This document shows, piece by piece, positions 20,036 to 30,623 of a stretch of DNA of 57,648 bases. The notes beneath the pieces were generated by a model. That model did not search any database. It worked only from the letters and a program-made list of their open reading frames with translations, and was not told the origin of the DNA. Numbering within the stretch: the first letter of the stretch is position 1; each line of letters begins with the position of its first letter. The translations under genes were made by a program, and so were the position numbers. Source of the stretch: Candidatus Omnitrophota bacterium (GTDB lineage Bacteria > Omnitrophota > Gorgyraeia > B26-G9); contig JAHITY010000023.1 of NCBI GenBank assembly GCA_018817165.1, positions 1 through 57,648 of the forward strand, given 5' to 3'.

Positions 20036-22048
20036 CTACAATTTAAACCTTTTCACCAGCTTTTGCAGATTATCCGCGGTATTCGCCAATGTTCGTGCGC
20101 TATCCGCCATTTCCCCCATGCTTGCCATAACCTCATACACTGCCCCTGACATTTTCTCTGTTGAAGCCTCTGTTTCCTCTGAGATAGCAGAAAGATTATG
20201 AAAAGCACCAGAGACATTCTGGGCATTGCTTAATTGAACAGCCGAATTGCTCACAATTTTTGCTACTTTTTCTACGGCAACGTTTGCCACTTCTAAGATT
20301 TTATTTAATGATTTACTAACCTCTTCAATAATCAATTTTCCCCCTTCCGCTTGCTCCGAGGTAATTTGAGTAGACTTAACGGCGAGCACCGTCTCTTTTT
20401 GGATATTACGAATAAGCACGGCAATTTGTTCGGCTGATTTAGCAGAATTTTCCGCCAAAGTCCTAACTTCCTCGGCAACAACGGAAAACCCCCGCCCGGA
20501 GTCACCGGCTCTTGCCGCTTCTATGGCCGCGTTCAACGCCAAAAGGTTTGTCTGATCAGCAATAGTTGTGATTACTTCTACAATTCTGCCGATTTCCTGC
20601 GAATACGTTTCCAGCCTTCCCACTACCCGGGTAATTTCCGTTGCCACTTCAACAATTTGACTAGATTTTTTGACTGCCTGATGGGAGGCTTCCATATCAT
20701 GTTTCGCTAGATCCACGGTGTCACGGGAATTTTTCATTCCATCAGTAGCATTAACAGCTGCTTCTTCGACCATATTCGACATCTGTTTCATAATAAGCAT
20801 CGTATCACTAATCATATGTGTTTGGTTTTTCATCCCTTGCGTAATCCCGAGAACAAGAGAGGAGATATTTTGTGTAGAAACGTTTGTCTGATCTGTCGAG
20901 GCATGCAACCTTATCGCCAAATCATTTATCATGTCCGATGATTTTTTTACCTCGAAAACAATACCATAAAAATTATAAATCATCCGGTTTAAAGACTCGC
21001 ACAAGTCACCAATCTCATCTCGCGATGTAATTTCTATTTTCTGCGCCAAATCACCTGTATCTGCAACCTTCTTGGTAAAATTTACCAAGGCAAGTATCGG
21101 CATGACAATCCCTCTGGAAATAATCGCCGCAGCAACCGAAACCAAAACTATGATTACGAACAGCAACTCGACCATCCATAATTTCATTTTTTTTAAAAAC
21201 GAGAGAATGTCTAAAAATACTTTCTCCTCATCTAAACATACAATCGCACGCCAGTTTACCCCTTTATACGCATTGTGTCCTTTTTCAACTGCCATGCCGC
21301 CGATTCTTTTATTATTTCCTTCAAGACATACAATACTGCCTTCATTTTCTTGTTTTTCAATCGCAAAATCAACTATTTTCATCTCATCACCCAAAAGCCC
21401 GACATTCGTAAACAATATATTTTGTTCATCCTTTTCCAGAATAAAAACATCCGCATCCTTTATATAATTATCAATTATTTCCTGAATAACCTTAAGATTT
21501 ATCCTACTCATTAAAACCGCGACAACCTCATTACTCACCGTATCCCGCACCGGAAGAAAAAAAAGTAACGCGAACTTATTGTCTTCTTTTTTAATCTGTG
21601 CTAAAAAATTACCTTGTTTTACTTGCTGAAAAAAATCTGCTTTCCCGATATCTTGCAAAAAACATTCTTTTCTGAGATCATTGCTTCCCGCCACAATTTC
21701 CCCTTGCAGCGAAAGCATAAAAAGACAATCATAATTCTCGTTTTTTTCTTTTAACGTTTTTAAGGCAAGACTAGCCTGCCCATACATGCTGTACGAAATA
21801 CTGTTTTGGATCACATCCAAACCTGTATAATCAACAAGGTCAGTATAGCGTTCAAATAAATATTTATCTACTGTGTCAAGAATCGCCGTAGCCTGAAGTT
21901 CCAACATATATTGCGTGTTTGCAATCATCAGATGCTTCATTCTTTTAGAAAAACTACTGGATAAAAAAAGTATTGAAAAAATAAGTGGAATTAAAGACAC
22001 GCCAAGTAATGTAGAAAAAATTTTTCGGTGGAGATTCATTGATTTCAT
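20036..22048 (-). CDS. Methyl-accepting chemotaxis protein (Cache-HAMP-MCP)
   Basis: Two TMs, HAMP (DEIGDL), [20 protein letters not shown]...[10 protein letters not shown]. Confidence 0.93.
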   Translation of the reverse strand: MKSMNLHRKIFSTLLGVSLIPLIFSILFLSSSFSKRMKHLMIANTQYMLELQATAILDTVDKYLFERYTDLVDYTGLDVIQNSISYSMYGQASLALKTLKEKNENYDCLFMLSLQGEIVAGSNDLRKECFLQDIGKADFFQQVKQGNFLAQIKKEDNKFALLFFLPVRDTVSNEVVAVLMSRINLKVIQEIIDNYIKDADVFILEKDEQNILFTNVGLLGDEMKIVDFAIEKQENEGSIVCLEGNNKRIGGMAVEKGHNAYKGVNWRAIVCLDEEKVFLDILSFLKKMKLWMVELLFVIIVLVSVAAAIISRGIVMPILALVNFTKKVADTGDLAQKIEITSRDEIGDLCESLNRMIYNFYGIVFEVKKSSDMINDLAIRLHASTDQTNVSTQNISSLVLGITQGMKNQTHMISDTMLIMKQMSNMVEEAAVNATDGMKNSRDTVDLAKHDMEASHQAVKKSSQIVEVATEITRVVGRLETYSQEIGRIVEVITTIADQTNLLALNAAIEAARAGDSGRGFSVVAEEVRTLAENSAKSAEQIAVLIRNIQKETVLAVKSTQITSEQAEGGKLIIEEVSKSLNKILEVANVAVEKVAKIVSNSAVQLSNAQNVSGAFHNLSAISEETEASTEKMSGAVYEVMASMGEMADSARTLANTADNLQKLVKRFKL

Positions 22049-22503
22049 TTTTCGCTCGATTCCTATTATACTGATTAGTCAGCTACCATTCATTCTCAAA
22101 TTTCTTCGATAATATTGCTGATCCGCTGAGCAAATTGAACCAGATAACCAATAATGACATAACGCAAATTCTTAATCCGCTATTTTTCTTTTCACAGGCT
22201 ATCCTTATCGATCACAGCAGACCGACATTTATTAATCAAGCAGATTTCCTCAACTGCATAATCCCCGATCCCAACAATAACTCCGCCTAAACTCTTATTA
22301 TTTATTGTCTTCCACAGCACTATTTATTTTTCATCAATTTTCCGGATTACACTTCTTCAAATAAACTGGAACTCCAAAAAAAATAGCTAGATTACGCGAT
22401 AAAATAACCACAAAAAATATTAAGAGATCTTTTTTTATATACCCTCTTTTATTTATTTACAATTTTAAATAGCTATAAAATTTATTATACATTCTAATTG
22501 CAA

Positions 22504-22937
22504 TTATCGCAATGATTTATCTTTCTCCCCATAACAGACATTACTCATTTCGCTGCTAAACATTTTCCATTTACAATTAGCTTTTTGAAAAATAGTAATA
22601 ACATTAGTGCTTAGATCTCTAAATTCCGGACCGCTGATCTTTCGCGTGATCTGAAACCAACTGGCTTTTGCCATGGTTTTACCACTTCAATAATCCGGAT
22701 ATCGCTCACCACATATTCTAGATCATATGCCTCAAAAATATATTTCATTCTAGATCGGGTTTCCCCTAAACCGGTGAAGCTGGATCAACTATATTCATAT
22801 ACGTTTCTAAATCCTCCGCTTGCGCAGCCCTGAAATTTTCCTAGATCAAAGCGATTATTTCATTTTTTCATTGTTTTTTGGCGAACAGCCGATTAAAAAT
22901 ACCAATCAAACAAGCCACAGCACTTTTATGTTTTCAT
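22504..22937 (-). pseudogene. Decayed NTF2/SnoaL-like lipoprotein gene
   Basis: Reconstructable across stops and frameshifts as ...LIGCS...ENFRAAQAEDLETYM...IFEAYDLEYVVSDIRII...FQITRKISGPEF...KWKMFSSE. Confidence 0.55.
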
Positions 22938-22970
22938 TATTTCTCCTGTTTATTTCCTCTAAATTAAAAA

Positions 22971-24212
22971 TCACTGAGCAGAAACTGCACTTATTTCGGG
23001 CTCCGCTTTAGTCGGTTGAACTTTTTGATTCTTTTCTTCAGATACTTGTTGAATAATTGCTTTCAGATATTTTTTTTCAAGAACATTTAGTTTGTCTGAT
23101 TGATATAATCCTACGCAATATTGAAACAATAAACTAGATTGAAAACAATTGCTGCCTAATGACCACATCGCGGAGCGAAAAACCGCTTCTAACATTGCTT
23201 GTTGCTTTACATCATCTGAATTAATATCCAACTTTTTATTTTTAACTTTTTCTAATGTCCCAATGAATTTACTCAGTTTAAATGAAGAAATAATCTGGCG
23301 GACTGGTTTTACTCTACCGGTAGCAAAAAATTCCGCCCAAAGCATATCCAGCTGATCGCCGGTTGTTATTTCAGTATAGGGGTCGGGAATTTTAATTTTA
23401 TTCAGCCCTTGTCTGTACTGTTTTAAATCCTCTTTTAATCCCAGTTCTTTTGTTTTATTGCTCAAGTGAAATAGCAATATAATATCTTTTTTTTGCTGTT
23501 CAGTTGCTTTTTTATTAAAAAACTCGATTATCTGTGGGCTTAAAAAATCATTTTCTTCAATAACATATTTATAAAACCATAAAGCTGACCAGACAATCGA
23601 ACCATCTTTATTAATATACGGTCGGGGTGGTGATAAAAATGCTGTGATTGCTTTTCTCGATTCAGGTTTCGAAGGATAGGAGAAAATCCATTCCATATCA
23701 CCCTTATTCAGCTCGGGCAATTCAAACTCTTTTAAATTTATTTTCACTTTCTTTTCTACTCTTTGATTTTTAATCCAGTCAAATGCTTCAATTTTGATAA
23801 TATATTCTCCGAACATATCCTCTGGTTCAAAACAAACAGTTAATCTCTCTTTTGCCGGAAGTAAATGCGGACCAGTGATTTTCCCGGAATAGCCATTAAG
23901 ATCTTCTATTTGCTGATAGCGCGTATTATCCGGCTTGATAATTAAAACCATATAAGTTATTTTTGCAATGCCGTCTTTATCTGCGCCATAGTTATTAAAA
24001 ATCGGCAGTATATTAAAATATTCTCCTTTGGAGACACTCTCAACCTTTGAGACCATAGGTCCAAATTGTGAAGGGATGGCAAACCACCAATCCATTTCCA
24101 TATTTTGCTGGGTTAAACCGATCACAAAATCAAAAGCAGCGCTTTCATCCTTTGCCAAGGCAGTTGAAGCAATCAGCAAAATTATAACTATTATTAATCC
24201 TATTCTTTTCAT
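22971..24212 (-). CDS. Exported hypothetical protein
   Basis: Signal peptide; 413 aa; GGAG RBS. Confidence 0.75.
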   Translation of the reverse strand: MKRIGLIIVIILLIASTALAKDESAAFDFVIGLTQQNMEMDWWFAIPSQFGPMVSKVESVSKGEYFNILPIFNNYGADKDGIAKITYMVLIIKPDNTRYQQIEDLNGYSGKITGPHLLPAKERLTVCFEPEDMFGEYIIKIEAFDWIKNQRVEKKVKINLKEFELPELNKGDMEWIFSYPSKPESRKAITAFLSPPRPYINKDGSIVWSALWFYKYVIEENDFLSPQIIEFFNKKATEQQKKDIILLFHLSNKTKELGLKEDLKQYRQGLNKIKIPDPYTEITTGDQLDMLWAEFFATGRVKPVRQIISSFKLSKFIGTLEKVKNKKLDINSDDVKQQAMLEAVFRSAMWSLGSNCFQSSLLFQYCVGLYQSDKLNVLEKKYLKAIIQQVSEEKNQKVQPTKAEPEISAVSAQ

Positions 24213-24219
24213 TATTTCT

Positions 24220-24291
24220 CCCTAAGCTTTGAACTCAACTAACTGAAACCACACAAGCACGGATAAAAGCAGCTACAGTAAGTTGTTAGAT
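24220..24291 (-). repeat. Degenerate attC-like site
   Basis: Minus strand ATCTAAC...GTTGAG-TTCAAAG-CTTAGGG; core GTT mutated to CTT. Confidence 0.4.
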
Positions 24292-24359
24292 ATTTTATAT
24301 ATTGGACTAAACCATCATTGCATCGACCAGTCTAAATTATCCCTTTCAAGACAATTAGA

Positions 24360-24992
24360 TTACAAATAAGATCCCTCTTGCTCTAAAGCTGCCATTCTTG
24401 TTCCCAGCATATCCATAAATGATCCGCGATCACCGGTCCACTGAAAACTATTCCCGACAAATACATCACAGAAAAACGGAACTAATATCGCTTCCCCCTT
24501 GGGAAGCGCTTTTCCCAGTCCGTGCATAAAAACAGGAATTATCGGAACATTAGGAAACTTCTCGGATATCCGGCTAATCCCAGATTTAAACACAGATATT
24601 TTTTCCGGTTCCCCCCGAGAACCTTCCGGAAAAAATATTAGAATTTCATTTTTTTTCAATGAATCATAACAATCAGAAAACATATCTTCTTTTACAAATT
24701 TCACATCTCTTCTTAGCGGAATTATTCGGATAATTTTCTGGGAAAACCAAGACAGCAATGGATTTTTCAGAAAATAATCCATTGCGGCAACCGGACGAAC
24801 AATCTTCATTGCCTTTTGCTTAAGAATAGTAATTAACACCATGGCATCCAAATGGCTATTGTGGTTGGCAATAATTATAGCCGGGCCTACCTCAGGTAGT
24901 CTATCTCGATTACGCACATTTACGCCTAGGATAATATTTACAATTAACCTGACAAACAAATTTAAAAATATATATCTAAGTATTGTATTCAT
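24360..24992 (-). CDS. Lysophospholipid acyltransferase (PlsC family)
   Basis: NHNSHLD (HxxxxD) and FPEGSRG. Confidence 0.92.
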   Translation of the reverse strand: MNTILRYIFLNLFVRLIVNIILGVNVRNRDRLPEVGPAIIIANHNSHLDAMVLITILKQKAMKIVRPVAAMDYFLKNPLLSWFSQKIIRIIPLRRDVKFVKEDMFSDCYDSLKKNEILIFFPEGSRGEPEKISVFKSGISRISEKFPNVPIIPVFMHGLGKALPKGEAILVPFFCDVFVGNSFQWTGDRGSFMDMLGTRMAALEQEGSYL

Positions 24993-24993
24993 A

Positions 24994-25920
24994 TTAATAA
25001 TATAAATACCTCACAAAATGAAAAAACAAAGGGGCGGTATAGGTTAAACTGTCAATTCTGTCCAGTATCCCCCCATGACCCGGCAACATCGCTCCGCTAT
25101 CTTTTAATCCTAAATCTCGTTTTAAAGCGGAAATTACTACATCTCCGATAAATCCCGCTGTACTAATAATCAACCCGGCAATTATCGAATGTATTGGACT
25201 TAAAGGGGTCAATATTGGGGCAATAAGATATGCCAAAACACAAGTAACAATAACTCCGCCAAAGAACCCCTCATAAGTTTTATTTGGGCTTACCTTAGGA
25301 ATTATTTTATGTTTTCCAAAAGTTTTACCAGTAATATATTGTGCCACATCATTAAACTGAGTAAGAAAAACCAGATATAAAACCCAGCCGCCATTACCCG
25401 CAACCAAACCGCCTATTTTCGGCATCACCAAGAAAAACGAAACATGGCTAATACTGTATACTGTGGTCATCAACCCCCAGTGTAAAGTACCTGCGGCATT
25501 TAAAAATCCTTGCGTCTGCCCGATAAGCACCATGCGCAATGGTAATAACAGAAAAACATACAACGGAATAAAAATTAAAAACATACCATACCACCCTGAA
25601 TAAACCCAATAATACTGGATTAGAATAGACAAGTATGCCCAGAACAATACCCGATGATCGGCCCTGCGCGTGGGGATCATCGATAAATATTCTTTGAGTG
25701 CCAAAAAACTTAGGAATCCGAAAAACAAAATTGATACTTTTTTGGATAAAATCATCGCCAAGGAAAAAATTATTATCATTATCCACCAAGACTTTACACG
25801 GTGGGATAGCTCCTTATAATCTTTTTGCGGTTTTATTTTTTTTAAAACAAAAACCACAGTACTCGCAATAGACAACATTACAAATAATCCCATCAAGCAG
25901 ACAATTATATTAAACGGCAT
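24994..25920 (-). CDS. Phosphatidate cytidylyltransferase (YnbB/CdsA family)
   Basis: SPNKTYEG, KRDLGLKDSG..LPGHGGILDRIDS. Confidence 0.93.
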   Translation of the reverse strand: MPFNIIVCLMGLFVMLSIASTVVFVLKKIKPQKDYKELSHRVKSWWIMIIIFSLAMILSKKVSILFFGFLSFLALKEYLSMIPTRRADHRVLFWAYLSILIQYYWVYSGWYGMFLIFIPLYVFLLLPLRMVLIGQTQGFLNAAGTLHWGLMTTVYSISHVSFFLVMPKIGGLVAGNGGWVLYLVFLTQFNDVAQYITGKTFGKHKIIPKVSPNKTYEGFFGGVIVTCVLAYLIAPILTPLSPIHSIIAGLIISTAGFIGDVVISALKRDLGLKDSGAMLPGHGGILDRIDSLTYTAPLFFHFVRYLYY

Positions 25921-26527
25921 GCTTATTCACCTCTTTCAATGCGCTGCTTATTCGGTTAAATATAGTTAAGCCCAATAAAGCGATAATCAACAATAACATA
26001 ATCGTATATATCCGTGGCGTAAACAAACCGAATCCAATAAATAAGGAAATCAATCCAAATACAAATGCCCGGTCACTTTTGCCCATTGGGCCATTATATT
26101 TTCTTTGCGCACCGATTTGGACACTAACCACCCCCGCCATTTCACTAATAACCGACAGCAAGACAATTACTAAGACACACATTCCATTCAAACTGTTTAT
26201 CAAGGCAAAAGGTAAATACAAAGTAATATCCGAAAATACATCTCCAAGTTCATTCAGAATAGCTCCAAGGGAAGTCTTCATATTAAATTCTCTGGCAAGC
26301 ATTCCATCAATAGCATTTAATGCCATACGCACAAGCAGCACCAAGGGAATAATAAATAATATTTTTTCATTCTGACGAAAAAACACAATTGTTCCTCCGC
26401 CAATAAACGAAACCAATATTGCACTAAACGTAACCTGATTGGCCGTAATCCCGGCCTTAGCAAGATTTTTAACTAAGGGCCTTAGTAAATCCTGAAACTT
26501 AGGTTTAATATCGTATATCGATGGCAT
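25910..26527 (-). CDS. CDP-alcohol phosphatidyltransferase (YnbA-like)
   Basis: YDIKPKFQ, TANQVT, NAIDGMLARE, GPMGKSDR. Confidence 0.92.
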   Translation of the reverse strand: MPSIYDIKPKFQDLLRPLVKNLAKAGITANQVTFSAILVSFIGGGTIVFFRQNEKILFIIPLVLLVRMALNAIDGMLAREFNMKTSLGAILNELGDVFSDITLYLPFALINSLNGMCVLVIVLLSVISEMAGVVSVQIGAQRKYNGPMGKSDRAFVFGLISLFIGFGLFTPRIYTIMLLLIIALLGLTIFNRISSALKEVNKHAV

Positions 26528-26551
26528 ATAAATATCCTTTTTATTTTTCTT

Positions 26552-26572
26552 AGCTAAGGTCTAATCTCAGGC
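26552..26572 (-). repeat. attC-like right arm, core mutated
   Basis: GCCTGAG-ATTAGAC-CTTAGCT. Confidence 0.45.
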
Positions 26573-26660
26573 AGAGAAACCTGACGCCATTTAATAGCGG
26601 ATTACTTTTAATTCAAGTAAAGGGGCTCGATTATTGATTATTGCTTATAACTTTTGCGCC

Positions 26661-27677
26661 TTATTTTTGGCTTTCAAACCATTCTCTGATGTCTTTAGTA
26701 TACCAAGGCATGTATACATGAGGAACCTCTTTTATCTGTTTATATTCAACTTTATATCCCAGGTCTTTCAGCTGTTTTTTTGTATTTTGAGCATTAAAAA
26801 TTCTTTGCTTTGTATCCTTATCTCCAATATAAACCAGTACGGGTATATGCTTCCTTGATTCCCGAGATAATACAACTTTTCCGATTCCCTGGCGGGCTCT
26901 GGCAATAGATCCAGCTACAGATGCGATTGCTTTAAATTTTTCAGGGTATTTCAAACCAAGGTATAAAGCAAAATTACCGCCGCTTGAATGCCCAACCAAA
27001 TATATTTTATCAATATCATAAGATTCCTTAATATCCTCGATCATTTTCAAAACACCGGACACATCATCTTCTGTCCAGCCTTGTCCTATAGATTTAGGAC
27101 ATGCTACTATTATATCGCCTTTAGAAACCTCATTTCTCCAATAATTCATAAACCCCATTGAATTACCATCATACCAGTGCAGACCGATAACTAAAGATAA
27201 CTTTTTACTGGTTTTTTTTGTTGGAGCACCCAAAAGATAGGCATTTCTGCCCGCTTTTTTGTTAAGCACATTAACTACAACACGCTTATTATTAATAGGA
27301 GAGTGAATGTTCTGGATAGTCTCTTCATTGACAGTCGGGGCAATAAGTTCTTTTTCTTTGACAATAACTTCTGATTTCGGCTCTTCTTGTTTTTCTTCTT
27401 GTAATGCTTGTTCCATTTTTAGATCCGCTTGTTTCTGCCACTCTTCTTGGATATTTTGATTTTTATCATCACTAACTTCAATGATTTCAGCTATATCATT
27501 ATTATCTACGGTTATTGTGCCAATCCCCACTTCAAATATCACCGCTTCATCCGTTCGCTCGATAACAATTCCCTCAAAAGAACCTCCATTTTCAAGTAAC
27601 AGAGTATCTGCTAATACTATCGCAGTCAAAAAAAAGCTACAAAAACCGAAACAAATAAACATTACTATTCTTTTCAT
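26661..27677 (-). CDS. Exported esterase (alpha/beta hydrolase)
   Basis: Signal peptide, N-terminal DT+LL.NG..+EG module, GHSSGG, GDKD, H. Confidence 0.8.
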   Translation of the reverse strand: MKRIVMFICFGFCSFFLTAIVLADTLLLENGGSFEGIVIERTDEAVIFEVGIGTITVDNNDIAEIIEVSDDKNQNIQEEWQKQADLKMEQALQEEKQEEPKSEVIVKEKELIAPTVNEETIQNIHSPINNKRVVVNVLNKKAGRNAYLLGAPTKKTSKKLSLVIGLHWYDGNSMGFMNYWRNEVSKGDIIVACPKSIGQGWTEDDVSGVLKMIEDIKESYDIDKIYLVGHSSGGNFALYLGLKYPEKFKAIASVAGSIARARQGIGKVVLSRESRKHIPVLVYIGDKDTKQRIFNAQNTKKQLKDLGYKVEYKQIKEVPHVYMPWYTKDIREWFESQK

Positions 27678-27748
27678 TTTATTTCACCTTTCGATCTCGA
27701 CTACTAAACTGATAATCTACGCGTGCTCTTTTTGGGGGATCTAAAACA

Positions 27749-28084
27749 TTACTTTTTGGCTTTCCTTTTAACCTTAGGTTTGGGCATAGGAAACTCATTT
27801 TCTGTTATGATTATTAGCTTAGACAACCATTCCCGATCTTCTATTTGCTCTTGAATAAGCAAAGATTGTTTTGCCCCTGGATATGCCGGGGCTTCAATAT
27901 ATTCACCAATATATTTCTTCCCAGCATCAGTTGATTTCACAAAAAGCTGATTATCACAAATAAGCGCGACCACCTTACCTTTTGAATAAAGCGCATATTC
28001 GCCAAACATTTTCCTGAACGATATTGCGCATGCAGGATCAATTTGGTCTTTGACAAACTCTACGAAATCTAAATCAGATGCCAT
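27749..28084 (-). CDS. TfoX/Sxy N-terminal domain protein
   Basis: MASDLDF...RKMFGEYALY..GK..ALICDNQLFVK. Confidence 0.9.
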   Translation of the reverse strand: MASDLDFVEFVKDQIDPACAISFRKMFGEYALYSKGKVVALICDNQLFVKSTDAGKKYIGEYIEAPAYPGAKQSLLIQEQIEDREWLSKLIIITENEFPMPKPKVKRKAKK

Positions 28085-28121
28085 TTAACTTCTTTCTTAA
28101 AACTGAATAAGATTTATGATT

Positions 28122-28383
28122 CTAGTAACCATTTGATTGCGCTTGCTTTATCTTCAAATATTGAGAACCGGAGCTTATTTCAGCAGTTGATAATAGATCT
28201 GTTTTATTGAAGGCAATTACTGGTTTTATGTTTTCTGATTCTGCCAATGTAATATATCTTTCAAATCTATTTAAACTATAATCTCTATCCATGGATTGAA
28301 TTATTAAAGCAAGATCAATATTAGCAGCAATTATTTGTTTGTCTGAAATCTTATAAATTTATTCTCATAGTGTCATTTTTCAT
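28122..28383 (-). pseudogene. rsgA: Fragment of a ribosome small subunit-dependent GTPase RsgA gene
   Basis: Minus frame reads KQIIAANIDLALIIQSMDRDYSLNRFERYITLAESENIKPVIAFNKTDLL; no in-frame start; truncated after NKxD. Confidence 0.75.
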
Positions 28384-28393
28384 AATTATTTAA

Positions 28394-28420
28394 TTATCTG
28401 ATTAGAGCTCAAGCAGCCCC
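28394..28420 (-). repeat. attC-like right arm remnant fused to a GGGG junction motif
   Basis: GGGGCT-GCTTGAG-CTCTAAT; core lost. Confidence 0.4.
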
Positions 28421-28428
28421 TTTTTTCT

Positions 28429-28677
28429 TTAATAAAACTTGCGATGTTTCTTACCTAGACCGATCAGTTCATGGGCATGATCAAAATTATTTGGGTATAA
28501 ATTTGGAGGAACCTTATGTTCAGACTTAAAATGTTCATATACTTTATAACGAGCACATTGCGTAAAACCACTAAGACAGAAGGTTATTTTTATTATTTTT
28601 TTTCGTTCTTCCATCATCCGTAATTGGTTATTAAAAAATGTACAAGTCCCGGCTATCGGACAAGCCATGATCTTCAC
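28429..28677 (-). CDS. Small Cys-rich hypothetical protein
   Basis: CP...C.FF...C....CARY...VP.NLYPN; AAGGA RBS. Confidence 0.7.
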   Translation of the reverse strand: MKIMACPIAGTCTFFNNQLRMMEERKKIIKITFCLSGFTQCARYKVYEHFKSEHKVPPNLYPNNFDHAHELIGLGKKHRKFY

Positions 28678-28684
28678 TCCTTAT

Positions 28685-28736
28685 TTATAATATTTGAACT
28701 CAAGCAACTTAGCTTACAGCTTATTGCTTACAGCTT
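28685..28736 (-). repeat. attC-like right arm plus heptamer repeats
   Basis: GCTTGAG-TTCAAAT-ATTATAA, next to agcttac-agcttat-tgcttac-agctttt. Confidence 0.5.
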
Positions 28737-29294
28737 TTCACTATTAACTTTATTCCCTTTTATTTCGATATAGGTAAAACGATACTGCGCTTTGCTAAGT
28801 TTGGTATAAAACTTTTCTTCCCGTATGGCCGCAACAGTAGGATCTACAATTTTAGAAAATCCTTCCCATATGCCAAACCAACCTAAAGGCATTACCACAA
28901 TACTTATAATATTTATCGCTAAATCATTAAACAACTTGTAATACGCGATCAGTGTTAAAAAAGTAAGAAAGCAAATACCACACAATACAAATATAACACC
29001 CTTTACCCGAATGCGTAAATTTTCTTTTTTCCGCATTAAAGCTCTATGCAGAAAATGACGCTTCAATCTCTTGGAAACTGTGTGCTCAGACTTTTTATCT
29101 TCAAGCAATTTAGGAGCACAAATTGTAACAATAAAATCTCCTTTACTTGTTTCTCTGTAACGCTGTTTGAGTTCAATAATAAAATCTTCAGAAAGCACTC
29201 TTTCACTCAAAGGCCTTGGATCGAAATCAGAAAAAATATCGTCCCAAGTATCGATAGCGATTACCACTTCTCTTGATGTTTTAATTTTACTCAT
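28728..29294 (-). CDS. Hypothetical membrane protein
   Basis: D..DDIFSDFDPRP...R.LS.DF N-terminus; two TMs; W.GIWEG. Confidence 0.75.
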   Translation of the reverse strand: MSKIKTSREVVIAIDTWDDIFSDFDPRPLSERVLSEDFIIELKQRYRETSKGDFIVTICAPKLLEDKKSEHTVSKRLKRHFLHRALMRKKENLRIRVKGVIFVLCGICFLTFLTLIAYYKLFNDLAINIISIVVMPLGWFGIWEGFSKIVDPTVAAIREEKFYTKLSKAQYRFTYIEIKGNKVNSEKL

Positions 29295-29341
29295 TTACTA
29301 ATTTCCTTTTTAAAAACAAATTCCAAATCAATCTACTTATA

Positions 29342-29385
29342 TTATAACATTTGAACTCAAACAGAGCAATGCCCCGCATTATCCG
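29342..29385 (-). repeat. attC-like right arm plus shared central module
   Basis: TTTGAG-TTCAAAT-GTTATAA; adjacent gccccgcattatccg resembles gcacaacgttatccg at 41176. Confidence 0.55.
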
Positions 29386-29445
29386 ATTAACTCGTCTAAT
29401 TAAGCATTATGACACTGTATTTCACTTATGAAAATTTAACCACAC

Positions 29446-30018
29446 TTACTTTATAATATTTATTTCTTTCAATTTCCAAAAGCATTTTGCTGTCGCTTCA
29501 ATATCAGCTGATGCATTATGAGCTTCTTCAAAATCTTCACCAAATAATTTCATGTATAATTCTGATAATTTAGGCCATTTATTACCATAAAGCCCTGGAA
29601 TTTTACAGAAATTTGTAGTTGATTCCATTGTGCATACTAGCTTTCTGGAAAAAAGATTAGTTGTTATTTCTTTTCTAATCATTTCTGCCCCAATAATTTT
29701 TGAATCAAAATTAATATTATGAGCAACGAGAATATCCGAACTATTAATTTCCCCATTAAATTCATTTAATACCGCGCTCAAATCTTTCCCATCATTAATT
29801 GCTTTTTCTGTACTGATCCCATGAATCTTGGCTGCTTCCGCTGGAATAAGAAACCCCTCAGGTTTTATAATATAATCTTTAGTCCTAATTCGCTCGCCCT
29901 TTTCATTAAAAACAATCCAAGCTATTTGCACTAACCTTGGCCAATTATTTCCATCACTAATCGGTGCCTTCCAATTTCGCGGAAGACCAGATGTTTCAGT
30001 ATCAAAAAATAGAATCAT
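29446..30018 (-). CDS. DEDDh 3'-5' exonuclease (DnaQ-like)
   Basis: FFDTETSG, VAHNINFD, AHNASAD. Confidence 0.93.
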   Translation of the reverse strand: MILFFDTETSGLPRNWKAPISDGNNWPRLVQIAWIVFNEKGERIRTKDYIIKPEGFLIPAEAAKIHGISTEKAINDGKDLSAVLNEFNGEINSSDILVAHNINFDSKIIGAEMIRKEITTNLFSRKLVCTMESTTNFCKIPGLYGNKWPKLSELYMKLFGEDFEEAHNASADIEATAKCFWKLKEINIIK

Positions 30019-30122
30019 TTTATATTCCTTTTATTTTTTTCTTAAGGTTTAACTTAGACAGAAATTAGCACAAGCACAAGTATATAGAAAATGCTGTATG
30101 AAGGCTCCAGTTTTTAAACTCT

Positions 30123-30596
30123 TCAATCTTTTCCGTTTTCCTGGGCGGACCCTGTTATTTCAAACAGCCTCTGCTCTTTATCTTTAAAAGTTTTTGCTCC
30201 CGGATCAATTATTTTATCAAAACCGGTACCAAATGTATATCCAACCGCAACGATCTGCAAGACATAATCCCCGGGAACATATCCCGGAGATTCAATATTA
30301 ATATATTCCAGTAAATCAACCGGGCCTTCTGATTTTAAAACCTTTGAACCATCTAGTTTGATAATATAAACTTTTGCATTTTCAAAATCGTTAAATTCCC
30401 AATACGCTCCTTTTTCACCCATGAAATCTTTTTCAAAATCAGTAAATGTCACCATAAGCGCTTTATTCTTCCAGGCTTGCTTCAGCAAAGCCGAATCTTT
30501 CGCATTTGAGAATCCATGGGGAATTTCCGCCAATGCCCAGGAAGCAGCAGCGCAAATAGACATTATAACCAATAAAACTAGTACGTTTTTCTTCAC
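30123..30596 (-). CDS. Exported hypothetical protein
   Basis: Signal peptide; GTG start with AAGGAG RBS. Confidence 0.65.
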   Translation of the reverse strand: MKKNVLVLLVIMSICAAASWALAEIPHGFSNAKDSALLKQAWKNKALMVTFTDFEKDFMGEKGAYWEFNDFENAKVYIIKLDGSKVLKSEGPVDLLEYINIESPGYVPGDYVLQIVAVGYTFGTGFDKIIDPGAKTFKDKEQRLFEITGSAQENGKD

Positions 30597-30623
30597 AAGA
30601 TTACTCCTTTCTATATAGAAAAC

